Of a DNA stretch of 64,000 nucleotides, positions 48,791 through 57,843 are shown piece by piece. Origin of the DNA: Polyangiaceae bacterium (GTDB lineage: Bacteria; Myxococcota_A; Polyangia; Polyangiales; Polyangiaceae); NCBI GenBank assembly GCA_044376115.1, contig JBILLK010000006.1, forward strand, positions 128,001 to 192,000, given 5' to 3'. The position numbers and the translations under genes are program-made. Positions within the stretch are counted from its first letter, which is position 1, and each line of letters starts with the position of its first letter. A model generated the notes under the pieces. That model did no database searches and was not told the origin of the DNA. It saw nothing but the letters and a program-made list of their open reading frames with translations.

Positions 48791-50116
48791 ATGCGAGATG
48801 CGCAGTCCATAAGTGGCGGAAAAGCTAAGGAGCTTCCGCGGAATCGGCCCAAGCCTCGGGAGGATGCTCCTGCGGCTAAGCTGCCCGCGTTGCCGCAACC
48901 CATTGCGGAGCTCTTGCACTCGAGCCCGGATGGCCCGGTTGATTCGGTATTGGCCGCGATCGTAATTGCCTTGATCGGCTTTGGCGTGGTGATGGTCTAT
49001 TCGTCGAGTGCCGTCGACGCGACCACCCGGTTTCATGACGGGCAGTTCTACTTGAAGCGGCAAGCGGTCTACGCAGTGATGGCGCTTATCGCCCTTTGGG
49101 TTGCGAGCCGCCTCGATTTTAGGCGATTGAAGGTACTGACGTACCCGGTACTTGTTTCAGTTGCCGGTATGCTCACTCTGACGATTACCGGCTTTGGTCA
49201 CCGAGCAGGTAACGCCAATCGTTGGCTCAATCTCGGGCCAGTACATATTCAACCCTCTGAGTTAGCGAAGCTTGCTATAGTGATGTGGCTGGCCTATTCG
49301 CTTTCAAAGAAGGCAGATCAGATCAGGTCTTTTGCAGTCGGATTCCTCCCGCATCTGTTCGTTTGTGGCGTGTTCATGCTGTTGTGTCTGAAGCAGCCAG
49401 ACTTCGGCAGCGCAGTCGTCCTCCTCTTCCTTACCTTTACAATGCTCTTCGTTGCGGGCGCGCGAGTCCCGTATATCGCGGCGTTCACAATGCTGATGGG
49501 CCTCGGCGCGGCCGCCGCGGTGCGATTTTCCAGCTATCGTTATGCCAGGTATGTCTCCTGGATTGATATGGAGTCACACCGCGACGGTCTCGCCTATCAG
49601 CCTTTTCAATCGGTCATGAGCTTCGGCTCGGGTGGAACGTACGGGCTTGGTCTCGGCAGAGGCCTTCAAGTCCTCTACCTGCCAGAAGCCCACACTGACT
49701 TTATCAGCGCGATCATTGGTGAAGAGCTCGGCTTCATCGGTATCTTGGTAATCGCAGGGGCCTACCTGACGATCGTCGCGCGTGGGGTAAAGATCGCCTT
49801 CCAAGCTGCTGACGACTACGGCAGCTTCCTCGCGTTTGGGATCTCTACGCTGTTCGGCGTTCAAGCCTTGGTAAACCTGTGCGTCGCTATGGCGATCTTG
49901 CCCACCAAGGGCCTCACGCTTCCATTCATAAGTTACGGCGGCTCTTCATTGCTCGTGAACGCCGCAGCTGTCGGTGTACTGCTCAGCATTTCGCGACCGC
50001 GTCGTAAGAAGGAGCTGCCGGCTCCAGCAAAGTCCCAATCCGATGCTGAAGTCCTCGCGCCTAGCGCAACGGGAGTCGTGCTCTCGGAGGCTGATCAGAA
50101 GGAGGCTGGGTGGTGA
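48791..50116 (+). CDS. ftsW: SEDS peptidoglycan polymerase FtsW
   Basis: MVYSSS, QPSELAK, QPDFG, LPEAHTDFI and PTKGLTLPFISYGGSS motifs. Confidence 0.96.
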   Translation: MRDAQSISGGKAKELPRNRPKPREDAPAAKLPALPQPIAELLHSSPDGPVDSVLAAIVIALIGFGVVMVYSSSAVDATTRFHDGQFYLKRQAVYAVMALIALWVASRLDFRRLKVLTYPVLVSVAGMLTLTITGFGHRAGNANRWLNLGPVHIQPSELAKLAIVMWLAYSLSKKADQIRSFAVGFLPHLFVCGVFMLLCLKQPDFGSAVVLLFLTFTMLFVAGARVPYIAAFTMLMGLGAAAAVRFSSYRYARYVSWIDMESHRDGLAYQPFQSVMSFGSGGTYGLGLGRGLQVLYLPEAHTDFISAIIGEELGFIGILVIAGAYLTIVARGVKIAFQAADDYGSFLAFGISTLFGVQALVNLCVAMAILPTKGLTLPFISYGGSSLLVNAAAVGVLLSISRPRRKKELPAPAKSQSDAEVLAPSATGVVLSEADQKEAGW

Positions 50117-51207
50117 CAGTGCTTATTGCCGGTGGCGGAACCGGCGGGCATGTCTTTCCAATGGTGGCCGTGGGACAAGCGCTAGCGCGCTTGTCGCCCG
50201 ATAGTCGTGTATTTTACGTGGGTACGCCACGCGGGATGGAGAGCCGGCTCCTTGGCTCCTTGGGACTGGACTTGGAGCTGCTCGATGTCGCGCCGCTGCG
50301 AGGTGGGGGGCTGGTCGGAGTCGCAACCGGTGTGGCCAAAGCAACTGCCTCGCTCAAGACGAGTCGGGACTTGCTTCGACGGCGGAAGCCTGACGTGGTC
50401 TTGTCGGTCGGCGGCTATGCCGGTGGGCCGGTAGCTCTGGCTGCGCGAATGCTCGGCGTGCCGCTCGCGATCCTCGAGCCCAATAGTGTGTTTGGGTTTA
50501 CCAACCGTGTGCTCGCTCCCTTGGCAAAGCGCGTCTTCTTCGCGTTCGGCAATCTCGATAAGAAGCTGAAGTCAGGGGTCGCACTTCGTTCGGGCGTACC
50601 CCTGCGGGACAATTTTCAGCAGTCGCCGTACGAGCCCCAAGCAGGGCGGTTTCACGTCGCGGTGTTCGGTGGTAGCCAGGGCGCGAAGGCGCTCAACGAG
50701 CTCCTTCCGCGCGCTTTTGCCAAGTTGCTCGAGGACGTTCCGTTCGCCACGATCCTGCACCAATGCGGCCGCGGCCGCCTCGAGGAGACGTTGGCGCGCT
50801 ATCGCGAGGCGCAAGTACCCGCAGAGAGATTTCAGGTCGTTGAGTTTGTCTCGAATATGGCGGCGGAGCTTTCGCGCGCGGATGTGGTGCTACAGCGCAG
50901 TGGAGCTGGCGCGCTCGCCGAGCTCTGTCTCGTCGGTCGCGCGAGTATCCTGGTCCCCTTTCCCTTTGCCGTGGATGACCATCAATTGCGCAACGCCGAG
51001 GCGCTGTCCTCGGCGGGGGCCGCGTTGCTCATCGAGCAGCAGCACGCTAGCGAAGCGAAGCTTGCGCGCACGCTTTGTACCCTAGCGTACGACCCAGCGG
51101 CTCGGCTCCGTATGGCGCAGCGGGCCGCTTCGCTCGCGGCGCCGAACGCAGCGGAGACGGTTGCGCAAGGTCTCTTGTCTTTGGCCCATTCTCGTTCAGG
51201 CGTTTAG
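50110..51207 (+). CDS. murG: Lipid II GlcNAc transferase
   Basis: GGGTGGHVFP, GGSQGA, RSGA and HQLRNA motifs. Confidence 0.96.
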   Translation: MVTVLIAGGGTGGHVFPMVAVGQALARLSPDSRVFYVGTPRGMESRLLGSLGLDLELLDVAPLRGGGLVGVATGVAKATASLKTSRDLLRRRKPDVVLSVGGYAGGPVALAARMLGVPLAILEPNSVFGFTNRVLAPLAKRVFFAFGNLDKKLKSGVALRSGVPLRDNFQQSPYEPQAGRFHVAVFGGSQGAKALNELLPRAFAKLLEDVPFATILHQCGRGRLEETLARYREAQVPAERFQVVEFVSNMAAELSRADVVLQRSGAGALAELCLVGRASILVPFPFAVDDHQLRNAEALSSAGAALLIEQQHASEAKLARTLCTLAYDPAARLRMAQRAASLAAPNAAETVAQGLLSLAHSRSGV

Positions 51208-51215
51208 GAGTTTTC

Positions 51216-52634
51216 ATGTTTCGAGGTCGCGTCAGGCACATACACTTCGTCGGCGTCGGTGGCGTCGGCATGAGCGGTCTCGCCGAGATCCTGAGAAGCT
51301 TGAGCTTCGACGTGTCGGGCTCCGACCTCAAAGAGTCCACGACCACGACACGCCTCACCGGCATTGGCGTGCGTATCGACGTGGGCCATCGCGGAGCGAA
51401 CGTTGGTGGCGCCGACGTAGTGGTCTATTCGAGTGCCATCCGCGAGGACAATCCGGAGCTGGTCGAGGCGCGCGCACTCGGTATTCCGGTGATTGGTCGA
51501 GCGGAGATGCTCGCGGAGCTGATGCGGCTCAAGTACGGCGTGGCCGTCGCTGGCTCTCACGGAAAGACCACCACGACCTCGCTCGTCGCTACCGTGATGC
51601 GCTCCGCAGGGCTCGATCCGACGGTGGTCGTAGGCGGGAAGATGGCTGCGCTAGGCTCCAACGCCAGGCTGGGTGCCGGCGACCTGCTGGTCGCCGAGGC
51701 CGACGAGAGCGATGGTTCGTTTCTGCGATTGACGCCGACGATCGCCATCGTCACCAACATCGACCCGGAGCATTTGGACCATTACGGCTCACTCGCAAAG
51801 CTCAAGGATGCCTTCGTCGAGTTCGCGGCTGGCGTGCCTTTCTACGGGCTGTCCGTGCTTTGTCTCGATCACCCTCAAGTGCAGGATATCCTGCCGCGGA
51901 TCCAGCGACGTCACGTCACCTACGGGCTCAATCCACAAGCCGACTACTGCGCGCGTGCCATTCAATTCCGCGGGCTGGAGACAAGCTTTAATGCGTATCG
52001 ACGCGGGCACTCCTTGGGCGGTTTTACAGTCAAGATGCCCGGTGTTCACAACGTCCTCAACTGCCTCGCGACGATCGCCGTAGCGGATGAGTTGGAGGTC
52101 CCGCTCGACGTAACCAAGCAGGCGCTATCAACCTTTGGCGGCGTGGCGCGTCGCTTCACGGTGGTCGGTAAAGCTCAAGGGCGCACCTTGATCGATGATT
52201 ACGGGCATCACCCGGCGGAGATCCGCGCGACCCTCGAGGCCGCTCGTCGAGCGTTTCCCGGGGAGGAGCATCGCATCGTGGTCGCGTTCCAGCCGCATCG
52301 GTACTCGCGCACGAAGGACCTATTCGAGGATTTCTCGCGCGCCTTCAATGAGGCCGACATCTTGGTCGTTACCGAGATCTACGCAGCAGGCGAGGCGCCG
52401 ATCGACGGCGTCAGCTCCGAGCGTTTGGTGCAATCGATTCGCGAACACGGGCACCACGCGACCCACCACGTCCGCGACAAGCTCCGCTTGCCCGAGGTAC
52501 TGGAAGGCCTGACCCGCGATGGCGACGTGGTGATCTCGTTGGGCGCCGGCGACATCAACGCTTGCTTGCCCGCCCTCAAGGCTCGACTCGAGGGCGTGGT
52601 TCAGAAAACCGCCAACAAAGATTCGGCGAGCTGA
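51216..52634 (+). CDS. murC: UDP-MurNAc--L-alanine ligase
   Basis: AGGAG RBS; GVGGVGMSG, GSHGKTTT, EADESD, DDYGHHP and FQPHRYSRT motifs. Confidence 0.97.
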   Translation: MFRGRVRHIHFVGVGGVGMSGLAEILRSLSFDVSGSDLKESTTTTRLTGIGVRIDVGHRGANVGGADVVVYSSAIREDNPELVEARALGIPVIGRAEMLAELMRLKYGVAVAGSHGKTTTTSLVATVMRSAGLDPTVVVGGKMAALGSNARLGAGDLLVAEADESDGSFLRLTPTIAIVTNIDPEHLDHYGSLAKLKDAFVEFAAGVPFYGLSVLCLDHPQVQDILPRIQRRHVTYGLNPQADYCARAIQFRGLETSFNAYRRGHSLGGFTVKMPGVHNVLNCLATIAVADELEVPLDVTKQALSTFGGVARRFTVVGKAQGRTLIDDYGHHPAEIRATLEAARRAFPGEEHRIVVAFQPHRYSRTKDLFEDFSRAFNEADILVVTEIYAAGEAPIDGVSSERLVQSIREHGHHATHHVRDKLRLPEVLEGLTRDGDVVISLGAGDINACLPALKARLEGVVQKTANKDSAS

Positions 52635-53515
52635 TGTCTGCTCATCCCAAGAATGAGCGTCGAGAGGTTCCGGAGGCCGAATCACCGGTTCCGGCTCCTG
52701 TCGTCGGCAAGAGCGTTGCTCCCAAGAAGGGCGCGGCGTCTACTCCGCGCAGCCGCACGCTCAACAAGATCGGTGGAATCGCCAAGTTCGTGTTTGGCGC
52801 GCTGATCGTCGTTGGCTGTTCGCTGCTCGTCGCTTGGGGAGCACAGCGCTACATGACGCACAGCCCGCGCTTCGCCATTTCGGAGATCAGCGTCTCTGGC
52901 AATGTGCGACTGACCACCGACGCTGTCGCGGTGCTTGGCGGTGTTGAACACGGCGCCAACGTCTTCTCCATCGATCTCGAGGCGGCTCGGCGCAAGATTG
53001 AGGAAGACCCTTGGGTCAGCTCGGCCACCGTTACGCGCAAGTTGCCTGGAAGTGTGATCATCGCGGTCGAGGAGTACGAGGCGCGCGCGTTGGTCGCTCT
53101 GGACGGCAAGTTGTTTTTGGCTGCTTCCGGTGGAGAGATCTTCAAGGAAGCAACGCCGGAGGATCCGATGGACCTGCCGGTGATCACGGGCATCAGCAAC
53201 AAGGACGTGGCCACCGACCGCAGCTGGGTAACCAAGTCGGTTTCAGGGGCGCTCGACCTCTTGGAGGAGCTCGAGACCCAAGCGTTCGCCAAACGCTACC
53301 CGGTGCAGGAACTGCACCTCGAGCGCGACGGTACGATGGAGGTGCTGCTCGGACAGAACGGCATCGCCTTGCACCTGGGGGCTCCGCCTTACCGCGGCAA
53401 GCTGGAGCAGGCTGAGCGTGTTTTTGCGGAGCTTTCCCAGCGAAAGACCGAGCCTTCAATCGTGTTTTTGGACAATGAGGCCAGCCCCGAGCGGGTGGTC
53501 ATCCGCATGCGTTAA
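52634..53515 (+). CDS. ftsQ: Cell division protein FtsQ/DivIB
   Basis: TM, then POTRA domain (PWVSSATVTRKLPG...VEE); TGATG overlap with murC. Confidence 0.88.
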   Translation: MSAHPKNERREVPEAESPVPAPVVGKSVAPKKGAASTPRSRTLNKIGGIAKFVFGALIVVGCSLLVAWGAQRYMTHSPRFAISEISVSGNVRLTTDAVAVLGGVEHGANVFSIDLEAARRKIEEDPWVSSATVTRKLPGSVIIAVEEYEARALVALDGKLFLAASGGEIFKEATPEDPMDLPVITGISNKDVATDRSWVTKSVSGALDLLEELETQAFAKRYPVQELHLERDGTMEVLLGQNGIALHLGAPPYRGKLEQAERVFAELSQRKTEPSIVFLDNEASPERVVIRMR

Positions 53516-53679
53516 TAGAGGATCTTCAATAAATTTGTCCCAACGCTTCCGCTTCTGGCAGCGTCCGGCCCGTTCAGCCCCGATTGGTTGAATCAATCGC
53601 AAGAACCAATCGGAAATGATCAACGACTCAACTGCTTGAAGTGGGTCATTCGCTTCAACCTGATCTCGATGAGAACCCC

Positions 53680-54984
53680 GTGAAGAACCGTGTGGACGAA
53701 CCGGAGATTGTCGTCGGACTCGACATCGGCACAACCAAGATTTGTGCGGTGGTGGGTGAGGTCGACTCCGAAGGCGTGACGATCCTTGGGGTCGGCAATG
53801 TCCCGTGCCGAGGTCTTCGAAAGGGCGTTGTCTCGAACATCGAGTGGACCGTTCGTTCCATATCGGATGCGATCGAGAGCGCACAGACGATGGCGGGCGT
53901 CGAGATTCGCACGGTGTATGCTTCGGTCGGGGGTAGCCACATTCGTTCGATCCCGTCCGACGGCGTTGCGGCCGTTGGCGGCGGTGAGGTTTCACGGGTC
54001 GACGTCGAGCGCGTGCTCGAGGGCGCGCGCGCCATTCCGGTCGACGCAGACCGCCAAATTCTTCACGCCCTGCCGCGCGAGTTCATGGTCGACAACCAGG
54101 ACGGTATCCGTGATCCGGTTGGGATGAGCGGAGTGCGGCTGGGCGTTCGGGTCAACCTGATCACCGCCGCTACCAGCTGCGTGCAGAACGTCATTCGCTG
54201 CGCAGAGCGCTGCAATCTTACGGTCGCCGATGTGGTGCTCGGCTCTTTGGCCAGCGCCGAAGCTGCCGTCTCCGAGGACGAAAAAGAGATCGGCGTGGCC
54301 GTGATCGACATGGGTGGCGGGACCACGGACCTGCTCCTGTTCGTCGACGGCGGCATCGCCCACACCAGCGTCATCCCGGCGGGTGGCATGAACGTGACGG
54401 CCGACATCGCGGCGGGTTTGCGCACGCCGATGGGCGAGGCCGAGCGTTTGAAGCGGAACTTCGGTTGCGCGCTTGGTCGCATGGTCGCCGAGGACGACGA
54501 GATCGAGGTCCCGGGAGTCGGTGGGCACATGCCGCGCAAAGTCGCTCGGCGGGTGCTCTCGGACATCATCGAACCGCGCGTGGAGGAGATCTTCGCCGTG
54601 GTGCGTAAGCGCATCGAGGATAGCGGCCTGCTCGAGCAGCTCTCGGCGGGCGTGGTGCTCACCGGCGGTGGCGTGCTGCTCGAGGGCATGACCGAGTTCG
54701 CCGAGGAGATCCTCGGAATGCCGGTGCGGCTGGCCACGCCAGTGGGCGTGCGCGGCATCAGTCAGCTCGTCGCAGGTCCACAATTTGCCGCTGGTGTTGG
54801 ACTCGTACAGTTCGGCGCGAAGGCACTGTTTGCCGCGCGAAGTGACGAGGGATCTGCACCTGAACCGGCGCGAGTTCAACGAATTCAACGACCTCTGGCT
54901 ACGGCCTCTGTGGAGGAGACACTCGAGGTTGTTCAGGCAAAGAAAAATGGTCGTTTTTGGAATTGGCTGAGAGCAGCTTTTTAG
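53680..54984 (+). CDS. ftsA: Cell division protein FtsA (start uncertain, 53641-53692)
   Basis: VGLDIGTTKI, DMGGGTTD and VLTGGG motifs; C-terminal amphipathic FWNWLRAAF. Confidence 0.96.
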   Translation: MKNRVDEPEIVVGLDIGTTKICAVVGEVDSEGVTILGVGNVPCRGLRKGVVSNIEWTVRSISDAIESAQTMAGVEIRTVYASVGGSHIRSIPSDGVAAVGGGEVSRVDVERVLEGARAIPVDADRQILHALPREFMVDNQDGIRDPVGMSGVRLGVRVNLITAATSCVQNVIRCAERCNLTVADVVLGSLASAEAAVSEDEKEIGVAVIDMGGGTTDLLLFVDGGIAHTSVIPAGGMNVTADIAAGLRTPMGEAERLKRNFGCALGRMVAEDDEIEVPGVGGHMPRKVARRVLSDIIEPRVEEIFAVVRKRIEDSGLLEQLSAGVVLTGGGVLLEGMTEFAEEILGMPVRLATPVGVRGISQLVAGPQFAAGVGLVQFGAKALFAARSDEGSAPEPARVQRIQRPLATASVEETLEVVQAKKNGRFWNWLRAAF

Positions 54985-55061
54985 CGATGATGCCCCCTAA
55001 TTCGGGGCCGTGACTTCACAAGTTCATTTGATTGAAGGCTCGCGTTGTTCGAATTGTTTTC

Positions 55062-55086
55062 TTCGTTTGAATTGCTCTCAAACGAA
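55062..55086. promoter_or_regulatory. Perfect 9-bp inverted repeat in the ftsA-ftsZ spacer
   Basis: TTCGTTTGA-attgctc-TCAAACGAA. Confidence 0.5.
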
Positions 55087-55128
55087 AATCGGATGCGCGG
55101 CTGAGATGCAGGTTTTCCGGAGGATGCG

Positions 55129-56535
55129 ATGAGTTTCTCGATTGAGTTCGCAGACGATCACGGCGGCTACGATGCGCGAATCAAAGTGATTGGTTGTGGT
55201 GGGTCTGGCGGCAACGCCGTGAACACCATGATCAACTTCGGCCTCGAGGGAGTGGAGTTCATCGTCGTCAACACCGACGCTCAGGCGCTCGCCGCGAGCC
55301 TCGCCCCCAACAAGATCCACATTGGATCGAACGTCACGCGCGGCCTGGGTGCCGGCGCCGATCCGGAGAAGGGTCGCAAAGCCGCTCTCGAGGACGTGCA
55401 ACGTCTGAAGGAGACGATCGAGTCGGCGGACATGGTGTTCGTGACGGCGGGTATGGGCGGCGGCACCGGCACCGGAGCTGCACCTGTGATCGCTCAGCTC
55501 GCTCGCGAGGCCGGCTGCCTCACGGTGGGTGTGGTCACCAAGCCCTTCTTGTTCGAAGGCAAGCAGCGCTCGCGTCGCGCTGAGCTCGGCTTGGCAATGC
55601 TGGCCGACCACGTGGACACGTTGGTCACCATCCCGAATCAGAAGTTGCTTTCGCTCGGCGACGAGGAACTCAGCTTCGTCGAGGCCTTCCGTAAAGCTGA
55701 CGAGGTGCTGTTCCAAGCCATCAAGGGCATCAGCGATCTCATCACGCAATCCGGCCTCGTCAATGTGGACTTCGCCGACGTGAAGACCGTGATGAGCAAC
55801 ATGGGCCGTGCCTTGATGGGCACCGGCTGCGCCAAGGGTCAGGGCCGCGCGCGGCTCGCAGCAGAGACGGCGGTCAACTCGCCGCTCCTCGACGAGATCT
55901 CGGTCGAGGGCGCGACGGGCGTGCTGATCAACATCGTCGGCGGTCCCGACATGAAGATGAAGGAGATCGAGGAGGCGGCGAGCTTCATTCAGGAGCAAGC
56001 GCACGAGGACGCCAACATCATCTTCGGCGCTGCCGTGGACGAGAACATGGGCGACATGATGAAGGTGACCGTGATCGCCACGGGCTTCGATCGTTCGCTG
56101 GAAGACGCGATTCCCCAAGCGCAGGCCATCCGTACGGCACCTGGCATGGGCAGCTCGCTCGGCGCCGGATCGATGGGCTCGGCGATGGGCATGAACTCGC
56201 CCTTCTCGCACGTGGCTAACCACCACGCTCAAGCTTCCCATGCGCACGCTCAGGCGATGCACGCGCAGGCGATGCACGCGCAGGCTGTTCAGGCCGAGCG
56301 TGCCTCCGAGCGCGCTCCGGCGCGCGGTGCACAGCGGGTGGAGGAGCCGATGCCGGCGACGATGGCTCGCGGTATGCGACCCACGCTGCCGTCGGAGGAC
56401 CTCGGTGTTGCTCCTTCGCGTCGGGCTCCGGCACGCGAGCTCTCGAGCAGCGCGAGCGTTCGTGACCGCGCCAGCTTCGTGCCGCCGCTCGACGCAGATT
56501 GGGACACCCCGACGTTCCAACGCCGCGGTCAGTGA
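55129..56535 (+). CDS. ftsZ: Cell division protein FtsZ
   Basis: GGSGGNAVN, GMGGGTGTG and NVDFAD motifs; long linker; C-terminal WDTPTFQRR. Confidence 0.98.
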   Translation: MSFSIEFADDHGGYDARIKVIGCGGSGGNAVNTMINFGLEGVEFIVVNTDAQALAASLAPNKIHIGSNVTRGLGAGADPEKGRKAALEDVQRLKETIESADMVFVTAGMGGGTGTGAAPVIAQLAREAGCLTVGVVTKPFLFEGKQRSRRAELGLAMLADHVDTLVTIPNQKLLSLGDEELSFVEAFRKADEVLFQAIKGISDLITQSGLVNVDFADVKTVMSNMGRALMGTGCAKGQGRARLAAETAVNSPLLDEISVEGATGVLINIVGGPDMKMKEIEEAASFIQEQAHEDANIIFGAAVDENMGDMMKVTVIATGFDRSLEDAIPQAQAIRTAPGMGSSLGAGSMGSAMGMNSPFSHVANHHAQASHAHAQAMHAQAMHAQAVQAERASERAPARGAQRVEEPMPATMARGMRPTLPSEDLGVAPSRRAPARELSSSASVRDRASFVPPLDADWDTPTFQRRGQ

Positions 56536-56582
56536 CAGGTCGATGACATCGGTGCCGGTTCAGCTCGAACTGGCCGACGCAC

Positions 56583-56617
56583 AAAGCCTCGCAACCCAGT
56601 GGTTGCGAGGTTTTTTT
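56583..56617 (+). terminator. Rho-independent terminator of the dcw cluster
   Basis: CCTCGCAACC-cagt-GGTTGCGAGG followed by T7. Confidence 0.88.
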
Positions 56618-56627
56618 ATGGCTGCGG

Positions 56628-56655
56628 TTGACACTGCCGCGCGACGACTTATGGT
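56628..56655 (+). promoter_or_regulatory. Putative sigma70-type promoter for dnaJ
   Basis: TTGACA-N16-TATGGT immediately after the terminator. Confidence 0.55.
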
Positions 56656-56718
56656 CCGCCGCCCTGTGTGCCCTAGCAATGTTGGCCGTACCTTCGTCTT
56701 TTGCCAAGCGTGCTGGCT

Positions 56719-57798
56719 ATGAGTGACAAGCGAGACTTTTACGAGGTACTTGGGGTCGGTAAGCAGGCCGGAGCTGACGACATCCGCAAGGCGTACCGCC
56801 AGTGCGCGTTGAAGTTTCACCCGGATCGCAACCCAGGGGACGCGACGGCTGAGGCCAAGTTCAAAGAGGCCACGGAAGCCTTCCAGATCCTCAGCGACGA
56901 CGACAAGCGCGCCAAGTATGACCGCTTCGGGCATGCCGCCTTCGAGGGCGGTGGCGGCGCGGATCCAGGCGCAGACATCTTCAGCCACTTCCAAGATATC
57001 TTCTCGGAGTTCTTTGGCGGTGGTGGCCCTCGTCGCGGTGGAGGGAGGCGTTCGGGTGGTCCCCAACGTGGCTCCGATGTCCGCGTGCACCAACGGCTCT
57101 CGCTCAAAGAGTCGATGACGGGGTGCAAACGTGAGGTCGCGCTGCGGACGCCCGTTCCGTGCGAGACCTGTGAGGGCTCGGGGGCGAAGCCGGGCACCAA
57201 GCGCAAGACGTGTGGCGCCTGTGGCGGTGCCGGCCAAGTCTCGACGTCGCGTGGCTTTGTCATGTTCACGCAGACATGCCCTGAGTGCCAGGGTGAGGGC
57301 TCGGTGGTCAAGAGCGCTTGTGATGCGTGTCACGGCGCCGGGCAGGTGGAGAAGCAGCGCAAGGTCGTGGTCACCTTCCCGGCCGGGATCGATAGCGGTC
57401 AACGTCTGCGCGTGCCGAATCAAGGGATCCCTGGGACGTCGGGCGCGCCGTCGGGCGATTTGTTCGTGGACGTGGAGGTGCTCCCAGAGCCCGGCTTCGA
57501 ACGTGATGGCTTGGACCTCGTGACCAAGCTGACGTTGACCATCGCTGAGGCCGCTTTGGGCGTCACGCGTGAGGTCCCTCTGCCGGACGAGACCAGCGTA
57601 CCTGTCGACTTCCCCAAGGGCACGCAACCCGGTGAGGTGGTTACCACGCGCAACCGCGGCATCCCGCGGATAGACGGTCGTGGCAAAGGCAATCTGCACG
57701 TGATCGCTCAAGTCGGTATTCCGAAGACGCTCTCGGCCAAGGCCGAGGAGCTCTTGCGTGCACTCGACGCAGAGCTACGCGAGAGCGCCGAGGGCTGA
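56719..57798 (+). CDS. dnaJ: Class A molecular chaperone DnaJ
   Basis: J-domain HPD, G/F region and four CxxCxGxG motifs. Confidence 0.95.
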   Translation: MSDKRDFYEVLGVGKQAGADDIRKAYRQCALKFHPDRNPGDATAEAKFKEATEAFQILSDDDKRAKYDRFGHAAFEGGGGADPGADIFSHFQDIFSEFFGGGGPRRGGGRRSGGPQRGSDVRVHQRLSLKESMTGCKREVALRTPVPCETCEGSGAKPGTKRKTCGACGGAGQVSTSRGFVMFTQTCPECQGEGSVVKSACDACHGAGQVEKQRKVVVTFPAGIDSGQRLRVPNQGIPGTSGAPSGDLFVDVEVLPEPGFERDGLDLVTKLTLTIAEAALGVTREVPLPDETSVPVDFPKGTQPGEVVTTRNRGIPRIDGRGKGNLHVIAQVGIPKTLSAKAEELLRALDAELRESAEG

Positions 57799-57843
57799 GC
57801 CGAGGGCTGCGCCCAGGCCAGCACCTCACCCCGTTCGCACGTG

